Of a stretch of 64,000 nt of DNA, positions 56,401 through 64,000 are shown one piece after another. Origin of the DNA: Intoshia linei (Eukaryota; Animalia; Orthonectida); NCBI GenBank assembly GCA_001642005.1, contig LWCA01000033.1, positions 1 to 64,000 of the forward strand, written 5' to 3'. Position 1 is the first letter of the stretch. Each line of letters begins with the position of its first letter. The position numbers and the translations under genes were made by a program. Under the pieces are notes generated by a model. The model had not been told where the DNA came from. It searched no databases and worked only from the letters and a program-made list of their open reading frames with translations.

Positions 56401-59400
56401 AATCTTTAGCTACAATCTGTTTGACAAGTTATATGAATGCAAATTGTTCACATTTTATAAAATGCAGTTTGTATGAAACTGTCAACCGAGCTAAACAAAT
56501 TAAATCCAGCCTATTGGTAATTTTTCAGTTATATGGGATAATTTTATTTTTACAACGGTATATTCTTTTTAGGCATCTTCATCAGTTTTAACGTATTGGG
56601 AACTTGGTAACAATTTCTCAACATTAAAGGATTTATTTTATCTTACTTTAAGCAATATATATGATAATGCTGATAAAGTGCCAATGTAAGTAGATTTATA
56701 AACCTGTTTCCTCAAACAACTTTTTTAATATTTTAAATTTTTACCAACAAAATGGTTTTTATGATTTTTTAAAGGGTACTCTCACGTTTTGTCGGGGAGT
56801 TTACAGTCAGGTCTCTCAATGCCGACACTATGTTTCAATTTTATAATTAACATATAATAATATTTTTCAATACCTACCTACAAAATCAATATCTCCTCAA
56901 TTTTAAAATTATTTTAAAAATAAATGAATAAATACACGTTGATGTAAGCCTAAAACAATTAAAATAAATTTTCAAAATTGAAAGAAAGCGTATTTTGCAA
57001 AACAAAATAATTTACAATGTTACATGTTATATAATTATATATATTATAAATTATTATAATATTTTTCTATAGATAATATATACATATATTAGATACAAAA
57101 TATATTAGTAATACGATATTATCTAATTATATTATAATATAAATTATTACGTGACTCATGCAGAGTAAATATTCAATCTCACAACGTAACTTATAGCGTG
57201 AGACTATAAATATAACTTTATAATCTCAATATTGCCATAAATATCAAAATGATTGTATTGAGAGGCCCGATTTTATATTGTATGATAGTATTAATGAATC
57301 GTATAGTTGGATTGGTTAAATGAATGCTAAAATTAACTTTTTCATGTAAAATTAAATAAATTATTTAAAAATGGGAAACTTTTGAATCGATGAGAAAAAT
57401 TTTCATTTTAAAAAATGTGGTGGGGCAGCGATTTCCCATCCCTAAATTAGTGTATGCATGTTACATTACTCCGATGAATATTTCATAATGATTATATACA
57501 TTATATATTATCAGTCATTTACACATGTTTAGAATACTACAATACATACTGTATCGACTAAAATCATTTGTAAATGTAAAATGGAAAAATAATAACAATT
57601 ATGGGATTAAAATAATAAGGTATTGTTTATTATTTTTTTATTCTGGATACAATTTATTTTGCTGTTACATTAAAATTATTATTGTATCATTGAAACTAGA
57701 CTATAAAAGAATTTTAAAAAATTTATAAATTATATATATATTTTAGTAACATAATATTTCTCAGATTGATTTGTGTTGCATTAATTGATCCCAAGAGTTT
57801 TGATTTGGAACAGGGTAATTTAAATTTATATTCAGGTATTTAGTTTTTCAATATGCAATCCATATTATGCACATTAGGGTGTCATATTTTTGGTAAAATG
57901 TTATATATTGAAGCGAGTTAAGAATACAATCTGTACATTTCCAACAGATTATTTTTTACCGTGAACCACATTTAAATTTGAAAAATTTTATTCTCATGTT
58001 TCGTTATTTAAGTGACCCGAAAATTATTAATCAAATATATTTATAAATTACAATATTTAAGTTAATGTATTAGTAAAGAAAAAGTGAAATTTATTTTTTT
58101 TCAATAATTATAATTATTGTAATATATCAAATTCATATAATACTGATTCATAATTTAGGAAAAGAAAAGCTATCTCCAAAAACCCTAAAAATATTGAGTA
58201 TCATAGCTAGTTGCATTCTCAAAGTCGCCAATATGACATTATTTCGTGTAAGGTTAAATTTCGTTTTGTTAGTAGATCACAAAAATAAATTATTATAAAT
58301 GCCCATGCCGACGTACATATAATAAATGTATTAATATATATTATATTAAGAGTATATTTTATTTATTTTTTGAAAATCAAAAAGTGTCCTAACATACGAT
58401 AAGGAAGGATATTGGTTTTCATAAATAAGATTTATAACATTGTGTGTAACCTTGCCATTATGTTTATATTATTTATTCAAATATTCATTTCTATTGACAA
58501 AAATTTTACCTGCCTGCAAAAAAAATTAAAATGGGTCTAATTAATGACAAAAAAATATTTTTTTTTCTCTATTTTATATTCAAAATTTAATCAGACTCAT
58601 ATAATCACTGTGTCATTATATTTTGTCACAAATTTGTTGTAACACAAAATTAACACAAATTTCACACGATACCGGGCCATATCGACCCCTGTACACCGTA
58701 CAAACAGTAACTGGGTGTGCCGAGGGCGAACTTTGTTAATTCTACCAAAAAAATCAATTTATAATTTGTAGATTTCATAATACATCCATTTAGTCGAAAT
58801 TTTTGTAATAACATAGTATTAAATTATTTTAAAATTATATTACGTTATACCGTATATTATAATATATAGCTATTAGGAACCATTAATGTCACAAGTAAAT
58901 GATATGATAGAAGGAAATATGAGCAAAATGTCTACATTTTTGGAAACTATATCGGTATATCAAATAAATATAATCCATGTATTAGGGTTACTATTAAAAT
59001 ACATTATTAATATTAGTACATAATATCAGTGTATATAATAAATACATTGTATAATATAATATATACTATTGTTTACTTCATTTTGAAAACGTTATTTTAT
59101 TAACACGGGACGAAAATATGAAATTTTTTCGTATAAAATAGTATTATGTAATAAAATATAAGGGTCATATCTTTAAAATTGAAAATCAATTAAAATTAAC
59201 ATTAGTGTGTATCAAAAATCTGATATGCGTCAATATTTTTACAAAATATGAAATAAACTTTTGTTTTTATTATAAAGAAATGATGTTTTATGATTATTTT
59301 TGTTTTATTTCATATTTCTATGATTTCTTTTTCAGTATCTCGCTATATTTTTTAAAATTTAAAATTTGAATAGTGACCTTTATAGAGATTACTGTATAAT

Positions 59401-60210
59401 ATATAACAGTGGTTTCCAAACTTTTTACTGTTGCAGCACACTCAAAATTATGAAACATTTGAAGGTGCAGCCAATATCTAGAAAATTTTTTAACTTTTGG
59501 GCGCTGAACTAAATTTGGTGTTTTATTATATTATTGCTATTTTTTTATTGACCATATACTTTGAATAACTATTACAATTCTAATTTCTTTTCAGCATTAT
59601 GTGCTATCTGAGTACTACTCACGTTGAAGGCCCTAAAGTGATTAAAAAATTGAAAATATTGCTAAAACAAAAAAAGACTTACATTTTCTACCGGAACCAC
59701 CTATAATCTTTAATCCAGCGGTTCCCAAATGCCGCTATGTAAAATTTTTTTACTGGCCCATGCAAAATTTTGTTTAAAAATATTTCAAATAAAATACAAT
59801 AAATATTATAATTTTTTAATTTAACTAATCTAATTTTGTCTAATAATTTTGTTTTTGTAGGCCGCGAGAAATTTTATAGTAACTTACCGGTAAAGAAATT
59901 GTGGGAATCGCTGCTTTTCATCCATTGTTTTTTTATAAAATATTTACTATTTGAAATTTTAATTGTTTCATAAAATTGAAAAACGAGTCTATCATTATAA
60001 ATTTAATAGAGTTTGTCTCAACGACCTTATGAACCACGAGGATTTAAAGCAAAGGATTGTGCACGACACTATGCAATACTTCACTACATATTTGAAAAGG
60101 AAAATTTTAATTTAGAAAAAATGAAAGAAATTACCTCAAACAGCGAATTTCCATTTAAATTAAAAACCATTTTTGATATTATAAACACAATAATTTCAGA
60201 AAATGTATGA
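50483..60210 (+). CDS. RASA1: p120 Ras GTPase-activating protein (SH2-SH3-SH2-PH-C2-RasGAP); 5' end uncertain, frame is open upstream to ~50433
   Basis: SH2 WYHGPLSRHDTE..GSYIIRKS..KHFR|ITKICDDVYIGGRKF; SH3 ISYRAMPNTDQIS; second SH2 WHHTNISREE..SWIVRPSD..VRRFKI..MGGRYF; PH GYLFMK..WRKFFFLL..KPK|GLIDL..VYPVHESLFARQYCF; GAP NVLRRQSLAT, IIFLRLICVALIDP, EPLMSQVN. Stop at 60208-60210. Confidence 0.92.
51918..52060. repeat. Minisatellite, ~31-bp unit x4-5
   Basis: Repeated ggttggtaaaac..gaattttt cc..tt(t)ag unit. Single units also occur near 11850 and 42065. Confidence 0.8.
52648..52810. repeat. Minisatellite, ~37-bp unit x4
   Basis: Repeated ttttttgaaccaaactttcaagggggtttaagat unit with no unique spacers. 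Confidence 0.85.
59716..59914. mobile_element. hAT-Charlie-like MITE in a RasGAP intron
   Basis: TIRs CAGCGGTTCCCAAA / TGTGGGAATCGCTG; TSD degenerate. Confidence 0.6.
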
Positions 60211-60599
60211 TGAATTTATTAATAAAACTTAAGTTATTATTTTTTGTCTTTGAAAGTAATTTGTTATTTTTAATTTGCCAGATAAAAAAATTTCTAATAA
60301 TTTTCTATGTCACAAAAACCGTGTACTTTTTTATCAGTGGATTATCAAAAAGTGTATCAGTTTGAATTCTGTCACTTTTTTTGGAAATAAATATTTCCTA
60401 TAAATTTATATTTGAAAAATTACACGATGTTTAATTTTTTCTAAAACACAAATTCCTCCAAAAAAATACATTAAATAGAAAAATGTAACTTAAAAATTCT
60501 ATTTTTTACTATTATCAACTCTTTAAAGGAGCGATTCCCAAACTTGTGTCACATATTCCGTCATATTATTATTAAATTTTTTAAAAAGTTTATTAGATA

Positions 60600-60872
60600 A
60601 AACCATGTTATCATCTTTTCTTAAGTTAATGTTTTGATTAATGATGGCATTGAAAAGGATAATATTTTTCTTTGTAATATTGTCAGTATATATTACTCAT
60701 GCATAAAAACTAGAATCAATATTTATTGTACGTCTCATTGATCTTCCAGTCATTATTGCTGCTTCATACTAGCTGCCGATGCACTTGTTCCTTTTTCATC
60801 TACATCCATATTGGCCACGTGAACAAATTGGTTCAATGTCAATCCATCATCTGATATAACAGAAAAATCAGT
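60600..60872 (-). pseudogene. Serpin C-terminal fragment (hinge and reactive-centre loop), frameshifted with an in-frame stop
   Basis: Translates as TDFSVISDDGLTLNQFVHVANMDVDEKGTSASAAS / AAIMTGRSMRRTINIDSSFYA*VIY..NIILFNAIINQ, matching the serpin pattern ADFSxI..VHKA.IEVDEEGTEAAA..F.ADHPF..ILF. Frameshift at ~60763-60767 and TGA at 60697-60699. The 5' side is cut by a repeat. Confidence 0.8.
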
Positions 60873-61850
60873 TATTTCAATAAAGTAAGACACATACACA
60901 GACAGACACACAAACAAAAATCGCGTCGCATATTATATAAGTTAGGATGCTACGCGATTTTTGTTTGTGTGTCAGTGTCTGTCCTATTTTATTGAAATAA
61001 CTAGCACTCTTAAAATTTTTTAAAGACCACATTTCAATTACAGTTTTTTTCGGGGCGTAAGATATATATAATATAAATATATATATATGTATTAAGATAT
61101 ATTTCAACCTCTTAATTTCATATCTTAAAAGTCAAAAACCCCTGTTGTCCCTTCTTTTAAAAATTAAACGAGTTGGAGAATTTAAAAAAATATATACGCT
61201 GATGCGGATTTTAAATTCATAAACATCATCATAAATTTAAATTTAAAAAAATTATACCTTCATGGCCAAAACTACAAATTCCCTTCCTTTTTTTTGAAAA
61301 CAGCCCTAGAATTTCAAAAAATTTACAGGTAGTAGNNNNNNNNNNNNNNTTTTTTTTTAAAACAGCCCTAGAATTTCAAAAAATTTACAGGTAGTAGAGT
61401 TGTATCATGTTAACACGAATAAAAAATTTCAATCCGAATAAGTGACAACTTCACGGTCAAAAAAGCATTTTANATTTTAGTATTCATATATTTTTTTTCC
61501 GAAATATTTTATTAAAACAAAAAATATGAAATAATTAACTGTCCAAAAATTTGAAAAAAGAATTATTCTGATAGAGCTTATTCCAGTTGATATAAATATA
61601 AAATTTCAACCCCAGAAATCTACGCATTCCCGGTGAAAAATAATTTTTAATATATTATCAACCAATATTTTTCAAATATTTCGAATTAAAATAAAAAATT
61701 GAAAATGTAAATATTGATTCTACAATTTAAAAAAAAAGTGTATTGTACGTTTACACATTTTGAATGAAGACATATGGGTGAAAATCTATATAATTCATTC
61801 CTTCGGAATTTTTTTCATTGCTACGCAATTTTTAAATTTCAAATTTTTAT
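60870..61850 (+). mobile_element. Helitron-family repeat abutting the serpin fragment; contains an assembly gap
   Basis: Direct copy of the 2435-3190 sequence, with a run of N at 61336-61349. Confidence 0.7.
61336..61349. other. Assembly gap (14 N) with duplicated flanks
   Basis: aaaacagccctagaatttcaaaaaatttacaggtagtag occurs on both sides of the N run. There is also a single N at ~61473. Confidence 0.95.
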
Positions 61851-63639
61851 TTTCCAAACATTTTTTATAATCTTCAAATTTTAACATTACAGCAACGAAT
61901 TTATAAAATTAAATTTATATTAACTAAAACGTTATTTTTTTTATTGATAATTGTTACAAATTTAACATTTCACAAGAAAAAAGGCCAAAAGTATGGACAA
62001 AATTTTAACATCAATCATTTTTATATTACAATCCTTTGCAATAATGGTAAAATTCGACTGAAAATTCAATTAATTATTTATACACAATTGGTATTTTTAA
62101 GTATTTATTAAATTGATACTGAATATATGTGATTACAATTTATATATTATAATAATAATACAAATATTATAAATCACTATATATTTACGAATACTTATTG
62201 TAAGCGCGTGATTTTTTTGTTATATTGTTACTAATTTTATGACTGGATTTACAAACATTCGAAGAGAAAAAATGGAAAACTTACTTGGTGAGTACTGTTG
62301 GAGAATACATCAGTGGTTAAAGTAATTTACATTTGTATAAATTTTTAATTAAGATTATTAGTAATATTTATATATTTTTTTGCTTATATTTTAAAATCTA
62401 CTCTATAGAATCGTCTACAATTTTGACTGTTTCGTTCTGAGTATTTTTTCATCATACTAAAATATTAAAACCCGGGGAGGTCGTCGTGGAAACATGGTTT
62501 GTAGAAAGTCATGGTCATTATTTTAGTGTTATCAGTTAATTTGTGTGTTTTTGAGAGTGGGTAAAAATTCAGCATCACGGAATTACTGTAATAGACAGTT
62601 TAGTTTAATTTAAACAATTACATAAAACGATATATAATCAAAATAATTATTATTATTTTTTGATTTTTTGGAGTAATACGCCCCTTTAATTATTAAAGTA
62701 CTCTACAAAAATGTCTAATTTTTTTTCGATATTAGTTTTGAAAATGTCTTTCATTTTAAATAAAAATATCCCGGGAGGTCGAAAAAAATCTGAAATTGAT
62801 AACAGTGTTATAGATAAATCTGAAAAAAATTTATATATTTAAATTATAGCCTAATATAGAATTCAATAAATATAATACAAAAATCAGTATTTGGGTGTGA
62901 TGAAAATAGAAAAATTGGCAGTTTTTTGTATTCCGACATCAATAGATTAGTCGTTACTGGTGTCGACATTCAATTCATTTCTTTGGTAAACGAAGTTACC
63001 TCTGAAGCATTACGTAAGGCAGTACAGTTAGCTATTGAAATTACGACGAAATCACAAGAAAGCGAGGCCAAGTAAAACTAAGTATTTTTTAAATATTGCG
63101 TGAATCTGGTGGTTTCGAGTAAAGTCGAGTCCACAGCAAATAATGAAAAATAGGCCCCCAAGAAATATTTCGCAAACCATGAATTTGACTAGACTTTGAC
63201 TTGAAATTTTATATTCAACGCACACAATAGTTATGATATTAAAGAATATATTTTTTAAATACTCAACTTGAATAAATAAGATATCCATTTTACAAAAAGT
63301 TCATCGAGGTCGATATACGTTAAATTCAGTACTGGTTCCCATCATTTTGTGATAGATTACACATATAACACTAATTTGGCTCATTATTAGTTAATAGGTG
63401 AGCCGTATGTTAATGTTGCAAAAAACATAAAAAAATGCATTAATTATGAAATAAAAATAATTTTGTAATTATTGATTTTCAAATGTAATTTAAACTTACA
63501 TTTACTTTATTACATTTTATAATACAATATAATGTATTTTAATTTCACTCTGACTTTCAAAACCAAAAATATATAATAAATAAGATTTTATTAGATGTAG
63601 AAAATTTTAATTTTTCGACATATACTTTATTATACAGTA

Positions 63640-64000
63640 CTAAGTTACCTGTTATGTATTACGTACAAACAGCACCTAGCTCTGCCGAGCGTGCATTTTT
63701 AATATACCAAAAAAATAAATTCACGTTGAAAATCTAACTATTATTCACTATTATCAATCATTTACAGGAGTGATTCCCAAACTTGTTTCACGTAGAACCG
63801 TCATATCATATTACTTTTTACTTTAAAGTGAGTTATTCCATATTAATTTTTTTAATTTATTAGGCGGAAAGTGTGTATGATATTAAAAATAAAGTAAAAG
63901 TCCAATCCTAAAAATTATCATAAATAGCATAAATTCTAGAAAAAATAAAACCTATTTTATCATTTTCAATGTGATGAATCATCATTCATCATATATTCAG
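63640..64000 (-). mobile_element. Helitron-family 3' end
   Basis: ctgttatgtattacgtacaaacagcacctagctctgccgag hairpin block and downstream sequence shared with 49822 and 18694. Confidence 0.65.

Noticed and set aside
61298-61395. Apparent direct repeat
   Set aside because: It flanks an N gap and is most likely a scaffolding overlap artefact.

Overview
This is very AT-rich (roughly three-quarters A+T by eye), intron-containing animal genomic DNA, not prokaryotic. Most entries in the ORF track are single exons or antisense shadows of exons. Six genes can be reconstructed with GT-AG junctions in consistent phase: rootletin/CROCC (minus strand, runs off the left edge), a C2H2 zinc-finger gene, FACT subunit SSRP1, FoxJ2/3 (minus), an intronless NTF2 gene lying on the same strand inside a FoxJ2/3 intron, and a p120 RasGAP (RASA1-type: SH2-SH3-SH2-PH-C2-GAP). 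There is also a serpin pseudogene fragment. Introns are either about 30-50 nt or swollen by transposon relics: a non-autonomous Helitron family (5' TC, 3' hairpin plus CTAG), hAT-Charlie elements with 8-bp TSDs, and other MITE-like inverted repeats. Several degraded copies of an unrecognised, apparently membrane-protein-coding sequence family are scattered through the window. Tiny introns, high AT and very divergent proteins suggest a compact parasitic invertebrate genome such as an orthonectid (inference only). No rRNA, tRNA or CRISPR array was seen. All coordinates were read by hand and may be off by a few bases.
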